From the NCBI RefSeq assembly GCF_020885515.1, contig NZ_AP024987.1, positions 1,440,001-1,472,000 on the forward strand: DNA of 32,000 nt, in the 5' to 3' direction. The notes under the pieces are model-generated. The model saw nothing but the letters and a program-made list of their open reading frames with translations, was not told where the DNA came from and did no database searches. Positions within the stretch are counted from its first letter, which is position 1. The number at the start of each line of letters is the position of its first letter. Below are positions 1-10,006 of this stretch, in pieces. The position numbers and the translations under genes are program-made. Origin of the DNA: a cyanobacterium endosymbiont of Braarudosphaera bigelowii. GTDB lineage: Bacteria > Cyanobacteriota > Cyanobacteriia > Cyanobacteriales > Microcystaceae.

Positions 1-46
1 CGATGTTTGCTGTCGTTGCGGGCACAATAACACTAATAGTAGACAT
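1..46 (-). CDS. thrB: homoserine kinase, N-terminal fragment running off the left edge
   Basis: Reverse strand from ATG at 46 reads MSTISVIVPATTANI, matching the conserved ThrB (GHMP kinase) N-terminus 'VTVPATTANLGPGFD'. Only 15 codons are visible. Confidence 0.65.
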   Translation of the reverse strand, partial: MSTISVIVPATTANI

Positions 47-266
47 AGTAAACTTATTGTATAAAAGTCTCTGTATAACTAATTTTTTCTTACGCACCAA
101 ATATGTACAATATTTAGTATATAGAAATTCAAAAATAAAAAGCTACTACTTCTAATTGTTTTTATAGTTCTCTAAAATTAAGAACTATGAAAGACAAATG
201 TAATTAACAATAGATTTTTTATTCAAGATAAAAATTTCTTGATTTAAAAGACTATTTTATTAATAT

Positions 267-1386
267 TCAAGATTGAGTATTAACTGAGTTTACATAATGT
301 AAATAAGCTTCGATAAATAAACTTAGATCACCATCCATCACATCGTTTATGTTTGTAGTTTCTATATTCGTTCTTAAATCTTTGACCATTTGATATGGAT
401 GAAATACATAACTACGAATTTGAGTTCCCCAAGCAGCTTCAACGATATCACCTCTGATTTCAGCAATTTTTTGAGCTCTTTGTTCTTGAGCAATAATTAA
501 CAATTTTGCTTTTAACAAAATAAGAGCTTTTTCTTTATTTTGTAATTGTGAACGTTCTTGCGTACATCGAACTGCAATACCTGTTGGTATATGAACAATA
601 CGAACAGCCGTCTCTACCTTATTAACATTTTGCCCACCCTTACCGCCAGAACGTGTAGTTGTAATTTCCAAGTCTTTATCAGGAATTTCTATCTTGATAT
701 CACCATCTTCTAGTTTTGGCATCACTTCGATTCCAGTAAAGCTTGTTTGACGTTTTCCATTAGCATTAAAAGGAGAAATTCTTACTAACCGATGTGTTCC
801 TTTCTCTCCCTTCAAATACCCAAAAGCGTAACGACCTTCAATTTCTAATGTAGCAGATTTAATACCAGCCTCATCTCCTTCAGAAATTTCAACCAAATTA
901 ACTTTATAGCCCTGACTTTCTCCCCATCTTCTATACATTCTCAGTAACATTTCTGACCAATCTTGAGCATCTGTTCCACCAACTCCTGTATTGATATTCA
1001 GAATAGCTCCTTTGGTATCATAAGTTCCTGATAAAAGTTGTTGCAAATCCCAACTATCTAAATTTTTCTTTAATTGTGTAAGATTACCCTGTGCTTCTTC
1101 TAGTAAGGCTTCGTCATAATCTAATATTAATAACTCTATAATGAGTTTAGTATCTTCTAACTGGTTGTACCATTGATTATATTGTTCTAATTGCGATTTA
1201 AAACTACTAAGTTTTTGTGAAACTTTTTGAGCTATATCAGGACTATCCCAAAAATCAGGCTGGATTGTGGTGTTTTCCAAATCTTTGATACTAGCCTTTA
1301 GAGCTGGTAGGTCAAAGATATTCCTGGGTTTTTCCCAGGCGTATGCTCAAAATTTCAACGTTTTTCTTCAGTTCTGTAATTTCCAT
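267..1386 (-). CDS. prfB: peptide chain release factor 2, full length through a programmed +1 frameshift
   Basis: Main ORF carries the RF2 motifs ([29 protein letters not shown]). Upstream, ATG at 1386 opens [24 protein letters not shown] ending CTT TGA C; skipping one T gives [22 protein letters not shown], contiguous with the ORF. Length 1120 nt = 3x373+1, consistent with one +1 shift (372 aa). Confidence 0.96.
1312..1317 (-). promoter_or_regulatory. RF2 programmed frameshift site CTT TGA (followed by C)
   Basis: Reverse strand CAGGAA TAT CTT TGA C, the canonical prfB recoding site, with a weak SD-like AGGA just upstream. Confidence 0.93.
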
Positions 1387-1580
1387 ATATTTAACTTTCA
1401 AAGTTATAATTTATCATATGCATTTTTCTATGTAGTTTATAGATATTAGTATTAAAATATATGTTCAAGTAGATTCCAATACTTAGCAGACATCAATTAT
1501 AAACATTTTAAATAAATTAGTCAAAATTCTTTTATAGTACTTATGATCTAAAGTGTTTATCAGCAGAGATAAATTTTCTT

Positions 1581-1632
1581 GTCAACCTATTCTTAAGTTT
1601 TTATTCACATAAAAACTTAAGAATAGGTTGAC
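1581..1632. repeat. 23-bp perfect inverted repeat with 6-nt loop
   Basis: GTCAACCTATTCTTAAGTTTTTA ttcaca TAAAAACTTAAGAATAGGTTGAC. Confidence 0.95.
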
Positions 1633-1727
1633 TTATTCATCGTACGTTTTGAAAAAACTTCATATACTAAATTATAGTTTATAAATTATTTATCTACTTA
1701 AGCTAATAATGTAATTTAGAATTTAGC

Positions 1728-1767
1728 AAAACATAAAAACTATTTATTCGCTTAGTTTTTATGTTTT
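1728..1767 (-). terminator. candidate intrinsic terminator downstream of the sodium:alanine symporter gene
   Basis: 15-bp perfect stem AAAACATAAAAACTA / TAGTTTTTATGTTTT with 10-nt loop, starting 12 nt past the end of the 1779..3296 CDS. The T-tract is inside the 3' arm. Confidence 0.5.
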
Positions 1768-1778
1768 TATATTTTATC

Positions 1779-3296
1779 TTAAACTGTAATTGTTTTTTGC
1801 CAATATTTTTTTAATTCTTTCGCTACTTTATTAGATAAAAGAATACATCCTAAAATGTTAGGTATGGCTAGTGTTAACAGCATCATATCACTAAAATCTA
1901 ATACGGCTCCTAAATTTACTACTGAACCAATGAAGATACAAAACAAGAAAACTATTTTAAAAATAATAGAATTTGATTTGCCAAATATATAGATCCAACA
2001 TTGTTCACCGTAATAACACCAAGTAATCATTGTTGAAAATCCAAACATGCACATAATACCTGCCAATACTGCAGGAGACCATTGAATAACTTGAGCAAAA
2101 GCTGTCATGACTAATATAGAGCCATTAATACCATTCCCAACTGTCGTCCAATAAACTTGAGTTGTAGCAATGACTAATGCTGTTAGATTACAGATAACGA
2201 CCGTGTCAAGAAAAGGTTCAAGAATTGAAACGATACCCTCTTGTATTGGTTCCTTTGTTTTTGCAACAGCATGAGCAATTGCAGCAGATCCTAAGCCGGC
2301 ACCATTTGAAAAGACACTGCGTCGGATTCCCTGAATTATGATGCCTACCAATCCCCCTTCCATTCCTCGTGAGGAAAAAGCTTCCGTGAAGATAGAAGCA
2401 AAGGCATGAGGTATCGCAGCAAAGTTAGTTTTCAGAATCCATAGACATCCTAATATGTATATAACTGACATCAAGGGTACTAATCTACTAGTAATAACTC
2501 CTATACGACTAACACCACCAATAATGACTAAGCCTACAAGAAAAGCAAGAACTAGTCCAACAGCCCAGTCATAAGATTGTAGAGCAGGAAAAACAACAGC
2601 TAAAGCCATGAATGACTGATTGACTTGGAACATATTTCCTCCCCCTATTGCTGCACCTATACCGGCAAAACAGTAAGCTACAGCTAATATTTTACCTAAC
2701 TTTTCTTTTCCTATTTCCTTCAATCCTCTAGAAAGATAGTACATTGGACCACCAACAGTGGTTCCATCTAAACCTATAGTTCGGTATTGAGATCCTAAGG
2801 TACACTCCACAAATTTGCTAGACATTCCAAATATTCCAGCTAGTGTCATCCAAAATACTGTACCTGTACCTCCTAGCTGAATAGCAATAGCTACACCTGA
2901 AATATTACCTAGTCCTATACTGGCTGACAAGGCCGTTGTTAAGGCTTGAAAAGAAGATATTTCTCCTTGAACTTCATTTTCAGAATCAATTTCATCAGGA
3001 TAATTTACGTTATCCACTAATTGGGATTTCGACTTTTGGTTTTTATAGAAACTAATATTTTTCTTAGAAGATGTAGGCTTCTTATTATGGCTTTTATGTT
3101 GACTGTAGACTATTTTTAAAGCTTGTTTGAAGCCAACAATATTAATAAATCCCATTCTTAATGTGAAAAAAATACCTCCCATTAATATCCAAAATATTAT
3201 TACGGGAAAATGAGCAATCTCAAAGAAGAGTATTTGTTTAATAAAAGTAACTAGGTTCGAAAAAAAATAATCAATATTATAAAGGAAATGATTCAC
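1779..3296 (-). CDS. alanine/glycine:cation symporter family (AGCS) protein
   Basis: 505 aa multi-pass protein with AGCS-like segments (ALSASIGLGNISGVAIAIQLGGTGTVFWMTLAGIFGMSSKFVECTLG; GGPMYYLSRGL; NGAGLGSAAIAHA). Confidence 0.93.
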   Translation of the reverse strand: MNHFLYNIDYFFSNLVTFIKQILFFEIAHFPVIIFWILMGGIFFTLRMGFINIVGFKQALKIVYSQHKSHNKKPTSSKKNISFYKNQKSKSQLVDNVNYPDEIDSENEVQGEISSFQALTTALSASIGLGNISGVAIAIQLGGTGTVFWMTLAGIFGMSSKFVECTLGSQYRTIGLDGTTVGGPMYYLSRGLKEIGKEKLGKILAVAYCFAGIGAAIGGGNMFQVNQSFMALAVVFPALQSYDWAVGLVLAFLVGLVIIGGVSRIGVITSRLVPLMSVIYILGCLWILKTNFAAIPHAFASIFTEAFSSRGMEGGLVGIIIQGIRRSVFSNGAGLGSAAIAHAVAKTKEPIQEGIVSILEPFLDTVVICNLTALVIATTQVYWTTVGNGINGSILVMTAFAQVIQWSPAVLAGIMCMFGFSTMITWCYYGEQCWIYIFGKSNSIIFKIVFLFCIFIGSVVNLGAVLDFSDMMLLTLAIPNILGCILLSNKVAKELKKYWQKTITV

Positions 3297-3300
3297 AGAT

Positions 3301-3921
3301 CTAATGTAAAAAGCTACTACTTAGCCAAAAAATAAAAAATACAATAATACTAACAAAAGATTGACTAAATTCTCTTGTAGTGTTGGGATCATAAAATAGT
3401 TGAATAATGCTTCCCCCGATAATCATTCCTAAGCTCAACATAGTTAAAGTAATTAGTAAAGCACGATTAAATTTATTTTCCTTTTTATTTAGAAAATAAA
3501 TATTAACAAAAACTCCTAACGCTAAGAAAAGTGGAGTTAGAGAAGACTGAGGACGCAAAAATCCTACTAAAAGTGATAGAGCAAGAAATATTCCTGTCTT
3601 CAATAAGATATCATTAAAAGACGGAATATCAATAAATTGTTGAACCCAATGAAACATACTTTTGAAATTAGAGACTGGGAATTTAGAACTAATTTCTCTC
3701 TGATGTTCAGCGAATCGAATATTATCAGGTACACTAACCTTGCCTTCTTGACGTAGCTTCAATCGCTCCATGACGATAGCATCGTAAGCAGATTCAATAC
3801 TTTCCATAGTTTCAAAACTATCACTATGCTTTTGGCTCAAATGATCTTTCGCTTTTTGAATTTCTTCAAAAGGGGCTGTTTCTGAAACACCTAACTTTTC
3901 ATAGGGAGTTTTTTCACTCAT
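3301..3921 (-). CDS. CPP1-like family protein (J-domain-like N-terminus plus C-terminal membrane segments)
   Basis: N-terminus EKTPYEKLGVSETAPFEEIQKAKDHLSQKH...YDAIVMERLKLRQEGKV followed by three hydrophobic segments. This is the architecture of the cyanobacterial/plastid CPP1-like (DUF3353) family. Confidence 0.8.
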   Translation of the reverse strand: MSEKTPYEKLGVSETAPFEEIQKAKDHLSQKHSDSFETMESIESAYDAIVMERLKLRQEGKVSVPDNIRFAEHQREISSKFPVSNFKSMFHWVQQFIDIPSFNDILLKTGIFLALSLLVGFLRPQSSLTPLFLALGVFVNIYFLNKKENKFNRALLITLTMLSLGMIIGGSIIQLFYDPNTTREFSQSFVSIIVFFIFWLSSSFLH

Positions 3922-4147
3922 CTGATATTTTCTTCCATATCTTCTTACTCATATTACCTAAATAAATAGGTTTTCTAACTTACTTTTTTAAGAAATTAAT
4001 TTTATTCAAGAATTTTAAGCTGTTAAAACGTTTCAAATAAAAGCAATTTTTCTCTTAGAAGTTTAGATGTAAAAGTTTTAGAGACATAACTAAAGAAAAT
4101 TGTCTTAGCTAGAAATAATATTCTAAAATCTAAGTATTACTTTTATC

Positions 4148-4420
4148 TTAAGAGTTATGAATACTTGATTTGTTAACATTTGATTGGGATGAACTATCCG
4201 TTTTATTATCTTCAAGTTCAGCATTAATACTTAAAGAATCTTGAAGATGTTGAGTTTCTCGTTTAAACTCATCTTCAAATTCTTTGGAAGCATCTTGAAA
4301 TCCTCTAACAGCTTTACCTAGACTACGTCCAATTTCAGGTAATTTTTTAGGACCAAATACCAACAAGCTAATAATTAAAATCAACGCCATTTCTGGTAAT
4401 CCAATACCAAAGATATTCAT
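4148..4420 (-). CDS. tatA: Sec-independent protein translocase subunit TatA/TatE
   Basis: 90 aa; MNIFGIGLPEMALILIISLLVFGPKKLPEIGRSLGKAVRGFQDASKEFEDEF shows the TatA TM helix, FGPKKLPE hinge and amphipathic helix. Confidence 0.93.
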   Translation of the reverse strand: MNIFGIGLPEMALILIISLLVFGPKKLPEIGRSLGKAVRGFQDASKEFEDEFKRETQHLQDSLSINAELEDNKTDSSSQSNVNKSSIHNS

Positions 4421-4967
4421 AAATTACTCCTTAAAATAAAAATCTACTTTCTATTCTATACTTACATTCAACTAAAACTGATACTTAGAAAATAAAAAAT
4501 TTAGCTCTTCTCAAGAATAAATAACTTTTCTATCCATGTCTATGTATCTATTTACTATCTTAATAATATTAGTTTCAAATTAAAAAGAACCATAGCTTGT
4601 ATTTTCTAATAAAAAAATACTAAACATTATTAATTTCACAAAGATACTTAAGCTGTGTTTTATTCCCAGAGTATCTTTCTATATTAGCCTATCGAGTAAT
4701 CTTATATGTTAGATACAATTTGCCCTGTTTACAATAATAATGAATAGTTATGCAACTATTGTTGTAAGTATATTCGACTAGATTAATTTCTCCTATAATC
4801 TTTATAGCTTTATATTTATCTAAAATTCTTTAATTCTTACTATCTTATAGTTTATTTTTTATGATTATTTCATAGTAAGTAGAATGATTTGAGTAGATAA
4901 AATACGGATATATTTCTTCTATTAATTTTACAGAATTGCAAGACTGAGTTGAGCTGTCAGATAAAAG

Positions 4968-6743
4968 TTACCTATCTAATTTAAAAGCACTATGAACCGC
5001 ATTCAAAGCTTGTATTCCCTTGTCTTTTGTAACTACACAACTAATTTTAATTTCTGAAGTTGCAATCATTTTAATATTTATATTTTCAGCTGCTAATGCT
5101 TCAAAAAATTGAGCTGCTATTCCAGGCTTTTCTGCCATACCTGCACCAACAATACTGACTTTAGCAATATTCTCATCTATCAATATTTCATCAAAACCAT
5201 CCGATAATTTTTTGAGTACTGAGTAAGCAAGCTCAGAATTTCCTTGAGCTACAGTAAATGCCATATCACGTGTAGGTTCTCCAGAAAAGATACGACAACG
5301 TTGAGATTGAATAATAGTATCTACACTAATATTATTTTTTGCCAATACTCCAAAAATATTAGCTGCCATTCCAGGTTTATCCTTTACACGTCGGATTGCA
5401 ATTTGAACCAATTTTGTATCTAGAGCAACTCCTCTAACAGGTGGAATATTAGAAATAGTTGGCGAGATATTTACTGTAGGTGAAGCTTTTATTTCGAACG
5501 CTTTCGATAATGATTGTATTGCGCGGTAACTATCATTCTGCGCAATAACACAACTAATTTTAATTTCTGAGGTTGCAATCATTTCAATATTTATATTTTG
5601 CTCAGCAAGAGTCTTAAACATTTTTGCAGCTATACCAGGACGGCCAATCATTCCTGCCCCTGCTATAGCAATTTTAGCTACTCTTTTTTCTACAATAACT
5701 TCGACTTCTTCGGAATAGTTAGAATTAGTGCAAAAAGTTGAAGCAATTGCATCAGCAACTGATTCTGCTTGCCCTAGAGAGTTTTCTACTACTGTAAATG
5801 CTATATCATTACCGTTTTTTTCATAAATTGATTGGATAATAAGATCTACATTTACTTTTTGGGAAGCAATTTCTCTTAAAAGATGAGCTGCGATACCAGG
5901 ACGATCTGGAACTTTCAGAAGTGCAACTTTTGCTTGATTTTCATCTAATTCTATTCCATCTACTGCTTTTGTAATTTCCAAACCATTTAATGATCTAGAT
6001 TGTGGAACAGGTGATGTAACAAGTGTTCCAGGATTATCACTCCAACTAGAACGTACAATTAAAGGAAGTCCATAGTTCCGAGCAATTTCTACAGCTCTTG
6101 GATGTAAAACCTGTGCACCCAAACTTGCTAATTCTAACATTTCATCAGAAGTAATTTCTTTAATAAGTTGAGCACCTTGAACTAAGTGAGGATCAGTTGT
6201 AAGAATACCTGAAACATCTGTATAAATTTCACAACAGTTAGCTTTTAAAGAAGCAGCCAAAGCCACTGCTGAAGTATCAGAACCACCACGTCCAAGAGTT
6301 GTTATTTCTAAACTATCAATACAACTAATTCCTTGAAACCCTGCAACAACTACAATTTCATTTTTATGAAGGTGACGTTGAATTCTATCGGGCTTAATAG
6401 ACAAAATTCTTGCATAGCTATGTTCCGCTTCTGTAACAATTCCTACCTGAGCACCAGTTAAAGAAATAGCCTTTTTACCTAACTTTTGTAATGCCATAGT
6501 CATAAGAGCAATGGTTACTTGTTCTCCGGTAGATAACAACATATCCATTTCTCTCCGTGAAGGATTAGGAGTTATCTCTTGCGACAGCTTTACTAAGGTA
6601 TCAGTGGTTTTGCCCATTGCAGAAACTACTACAACTATCTTATTATCCTTATTAGAAATTTTACAGATACGCTGAGCAACGGTTTGGATACGTTCCACTG
6701 ACCCTACAGAAGTTCCTCCATATTTCTGGACAATTAAAGTCAT
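4968..6743 (-). CDS. lysC: aspartate kinase with duplicated pairs of ACT domains
   Basis: 591 aa; VQKYGGTSVGSVERI N-terminus, LEITTLGRGGSDTSAVALAASL, and two similar C-terminal blocks each containing NIxMIATSEIKISCV. Confidence 0.95.
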   Translation of the reverse strand: MTLIVQKYGGTSVGSVERIQTVAQRICKISNKDNKIVVVVSAMGKTTDTLVKLSQEITPNPSRREMDMLLSTGEQVTIALMTMALQKLGKKAISLTGAQVGIVTEAEHSYARILSIKPDRIQRHLHKNEIVVVAGFQGISCIDSLEITTLGRGGSDTSAVALAASLKANCCEIYTDVSGILTTDPHLVQGAQLIKEITSDEMLELASLGAQVLHPRAVEIARNYGLPLIVRSSWSDNPGTLVTSPVPQSRSLNGLEITKAVDGIELDENQAKVALLKVPDRPGIAAHLLREIASQKVNVDLIIQSIYEKNGNDIAFTVVENSLGQAESVADAIASTFCTNSNYSEEVEVIVEKRVAKIAIAGAGMIGRPGIAAKMFKTLAEQNINIEMIATSEIKISCVIAQNDSYRAIQSLSKAFEIKASPTVNISPTISNIPPVRGVALDTKLVQIAIRRVKDKPGMAANIFGVLAKNNISVDTIIQSQRCRIFSGEPTRDMAFTVAQGNSELAYSVLKKLSDGFDEILIDENIAKVSIVGAGMAEKPGIAAQFFEALAAENINIKMIATSEIKISCVVTKDKGIQALNAVHSAFKLDR

Positions 6744-7188
6744 AATTCAAATGAAAATAATATATTAACTGTTAAATTTAACAAAATCTTATAAATGATA
6801 AAGATTATCAACTACATTTCCTTATAATTTATGGAATATAAATAACTAGAAAATTAAAAAAAACATATAACTTCAGGTAATACAAAATGAAGATAATTTT
6901 TAAAAAATACTCTAATAATTATTATTTAATGTCTATGGAATTCTAAAAACTTATGTAATTACATTATTATCTGATAATAATATGTAAAGCTAGGAAATTT
7001 TGAGCTATTTTTTATTAGTTATTGCAGTGATTAAGCAATGAGATTGAAGTAGATCTATATAAAGTTAGGATTCAAAATGATAAGAAAGAAATTTCGAAAG
7101 CTTATTATAAGCTTTGAGAAAATTGTTACAATTTTCAAGTTAATTGTTAGTCTACCCAAAAATATAAAGTAAATCATTTTAATTATTT

Positions 7189-9114
7189 ATGAAAACGCAA
7201 CATCAAATTAATCAAAAATTAAAATCATCACTTGATAACGCTATTGATATCAGTCAAAAATATATACTTTCTTTACAAAATTCCGAAGGCTATTGGCTAG
7301 GAGAACTAGAATCTAATGTAACTCTTACTGCAGAAACTGTTTTAATTTATAAGATTTGGGGAATATTTGAAAACCTCCCAAAGTCTAAAATTGAAGCTTA
7401 TTTATGTAATAAACAAAACAAATATGGTGGTTGGGAACTTTTCTATGGGGATGGTGGAGAGATCAGTACATCTATTGAAGCATATATGGCACTTAGACTT
7501 TTAGGATTGTCTAAAGACAATCCTGTCTTAGTTAGTGCCAGAAAATTTATTCTTAGCAGAGGAGGAATTTCTAAAGCTAGAATTTTTACTAAGTTTCATT
7601 TAGCTTTGATTGGTTGCTATTCATGGGAAGGTCTCCCATCTATTCCTCCATCAATTATGGTTTTAAGTAATAACTTTCCTTTTACAATTTATGAAATGGC
7701 TAGTTGGGCACGAGAAAGTACTGTACCATTAATAATTGTTTTTGATAAAAAGCCAATTTTCCCAATTAATCCATCCTTCAACCTTAATGAACTATATGTA
7801 GAGGATATAGAAAAGGTTCAGTACAAACTTCCTTACACGAATAGTTGGACTGATATTTTTTTATGGCTAGACAAAATATTCCAATTACTAGGAAAATTTA
7901 ATTTAATTCCTTTTAGAGAGAGAGGTTTAAAAGAAGCAGAGAAATGGATATTAGACCATCAACAAGAAAGTGGAGATTGGGGAGGGATAATGCCTCCAAT
8001 GTTAAATTCTCTAATTGCATTCAAAACTTTAGGATATGATATAGAGGATCCCTCTGTTAAAAGAGGTTTTGAAGCTATTCAACGTTTTGCTATAGAAAAA
8101 GATCAAGACTATTATGTTCAAGCTTGTGTATCTCCTGTATGGGATACAGCTTGGATGATAAGAGCTTTAACTGAGTCAGGGCTGTCAAAAGATCACCGTT
8201 CTCTTCAAATAGCCGGAGATTGGTTATTAAGTAAACAATGTTTAGACTACGGAGATTGGGCAATTAAAAATAAGATTGGAAAACCTGGAGGATGGGCATT
8301 CGAGTTCACCAATCGTTTTTATCCTGATATTGATGACTCAGCAGCTGTAATTATGGCACTTGAGGGAATTACTCTTGTAAATGAGCAACAGAAAAAAGCG
8401 GCTATTAATCGTTGTCTTCAGTGGATAAAGACAATGCAGTGTAAAACTGGAGGATGGGCAGCTTTCGATATAGATAATAATCAAGCTTGGTTAAATGAAG
8501 TTCCTTATGGGGATCTGAAGGCAATGATTGATCCAAATAGTGCCGATATAACTGCAAGAGTATTAGAAATGTTGGGTTCATGTAATTTAGAAATGTCTGA
8601 TGAACGCACTGCAAAAGCCCTTAATTATTTATATGATGAGCAGGAAAAAGATGGCAGTTGGTTTGGGAGATGGGGTGTTAATTACATTTATGGAACTAGT
8701 GGAGTATTGTCTGCATTAGCAGTTCTTCATCCTGACAAAAATTATTCTCAGTTAAAGAGAGGAGTTAGTTGGCTATTAAGCTGTCAAAATGAAGATGGTG
8801 GATGGGGAGAAACTTGCTTAAGTTATGATAATCCTGAACTAAAAGGAGAAGGTATAAGTACTGCCTCTCAAACTGCTTGGTCTTTAATTGGTTTACTAGA
8901 TGCAGGAAAAGCTTTAGATAACTTTGCAATCAATCATATTGATAGAGGTATAAACTATCTAGTGAAAACTCAAACATCGACAGGAGAATGGAAAGAGAAA
9001 GAATTTACTGGAACTGGCTTTCCTTCTCATTTTTATATAAGGTATCACCTCTACTCCAATTATTTTCCTCTGATTGCTCTAGGACGTTATCAAAAGCTTA
9101 GACATTTATTTTAA
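7189..9114 (+). CDS. shc: squalene-hopene cyclase
   Basis: 641 aa; QW-type repeats and class II cyclase catalytic region PDIDDSAAVIMAL; C-terminal GTGFPSHFYIRYHLYSNYFPLIALGRY. Confidence 0.96.
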   Translation: MKTQHQINQKLKSSLDNAIDISQKYILSLQNSEGYWLGELESNVTLTAETVLIYKIWGIFENLPKSKIEAYLCNKQNKYGGWELFYGDGGEISTSIEAYMALRLLGLSKDNPVLVSARKFILSRGGISKARIFTKFHLALIGCYSWEGLPSIPPSIMVLSNNFPFTIYEMASWARESTVPLIIVFDKKPIFPINPSFNLNELYVEDIEKVQYKLPYTNSWTDIFLWLDKIFQLLGKFNLIPFRERGLKEAEKWILDHQQESGDWGGIMPPMLNSLIAFKTLGYDIEDPSVKRGFEAIQRFAIEKDQDYYVQACVSPVWDTAWMIRALTESGLSKDHRSLQIAGDWLLSKQCLDYGDWAIKNKIGKPGGWAFEFTNRFYPDIDDSAAVIMALEGITLVNEQQKKAAINRCLQWIKTMQCKTGGWAAFDIDNNQAWLNEVPYGDLKAMIDPNSADITARVLEMLGSCNLEMSDERTAKALNYLYDEQEKDGSWFGRWGVNYIYGTSGVLSALAVLHPDKNYSQLKRGVSWLLSCQNEDGGWGETCLSYDNPELKGEGISTASQTAWSLIGLLDAGKALDNFAINHIDRGINYLVKTQTSTGEWKEKEFTGTGFPSHFYIRYHLYSNYFPLIALGRYQKLRHLF

Positions 9115-9403
9115 TCTATCTATAAAAATAATTTTTAACAATCTTCATTTTTCGTGAAAAGAATATATTAAGATAGAGACATAAATGATTTAGTTAATAA
9201 AATCCTAAATTATATTATACCGATTAAAAATAAGTATAAAAAATAGTACCTATCTTTGCTATATAATTTTTATCTCGGCAAAAAATACTTATTTCTAAAA
9301 TCTTATTTTATTTCTTTTTTAACATATTACTCAGTTAGTTTGAATAATAAATAAACATGAGAATATTTAAATATTGATGTAAATTATTGATGTTTAATAT
9401 ACA

Positions 9404-9439
9404 AAAAAATACTAACTATATTTGTAGTTAGTATTTTTT
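9404..9439. terminator. candidate bidirectional intrinsic terminator between convergent shc and SRPBCC genes
   Basis: 15-bp perfect stem AAAAAATACTAACTA tatttg TAGTTAGTATTTTTT, giving a T-tract in both transcription directions. Confidence 0.75.
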
Positions 9440-9556
9440 GAAATAACGTTATTAAGAGATAAAGAAACAAACTATACCAAGTTTTTGGAAATTACATAAA
9501 TTATAAACATATTGCAAACAGAATATAATAAAAAAGTACAATGAAATATTTGATAA

Positions 9557-10006
9557 CTATGTTTTATCTCTACTTTTTTTTACCGCATAGTTTTTAAATC
9601 TTTTCAAATCTTCTGATATAGTGGATTCAACTATACGGCCCAAAAATAACTTATCCATTAATTTCCCTAACCATCCTGGAATACTATAGGCGATACTCAA
9701 TTTAATGATGCTACTACCTTGTCTATCATAAAATCTAATCGCCCCTCTATTAGGCAATCCATTTACTGATTCCCATTGTATTATTTGATGAGGTACTACT
9801 TTTAGAATTTTTGATAGCCAGGTAAACTGGAAACTCCCACTAACTAATTTCCAACGAGATAGACTAGGATCGTCATCCAAAATTTCAACGGAGTCAATCC
9901 ATTTCATCCATTTAGGCATTTCTTGTAAGTCTGACCATAAATCCCATACTTGTTCGATAGGAATATCCACTTCAATTTGTACGCTATGCTCTAACCAACT
10001 AGACAT
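9557..10006 (-). CDS. SRPBCC (START-like / polyketide cyclase-dehydrase) family protein
   Basis: 149 aa; N-terminal VQIEVDIPIEQVWDLWSDLQEMPKWMKWIDSVEIL and SIAYSIPGWLGKLMDKLFLGRIVESTISEDLKRFKNY are typical of cyanobacterial SRPBCC proteins. Confidence 0.8.
   Translation of the reverse strand: MSSWLEHSVQIEVDIPIEQVWDLWSDLQEMPKWMKWIDSVEILDDDPSLSRWKLVSGSFQFTWLSKILKVVPHQIIQWESVNGLPNRGAIRFYDRQGSSIIKLSIAYSIPGWLGKLMDKLFLGRIVESTISEDLKRFKNYAVKKSRDKT

Noticed and set aside
1267-1449. Plus-strand ORF of 60 aa
   Set aside because: It lies antisense over the true 5' end and frameshift region of prfB, with no recognisable protein features.
8405-8614. Minus-strand ORF of 69 aa
   Set aside because: It is wholly antisense to the well-supported shc coding sequence.
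7189-10006. Possible terpenoid biosynthetic cluster of shc plus the SRPBCC 'cyclase' gene
   Set aside because: The genes are convergent with a strong terminator between them, and no other terpenoid enzymes are present; SRPBCC domains are generic lipid or ligand binders.
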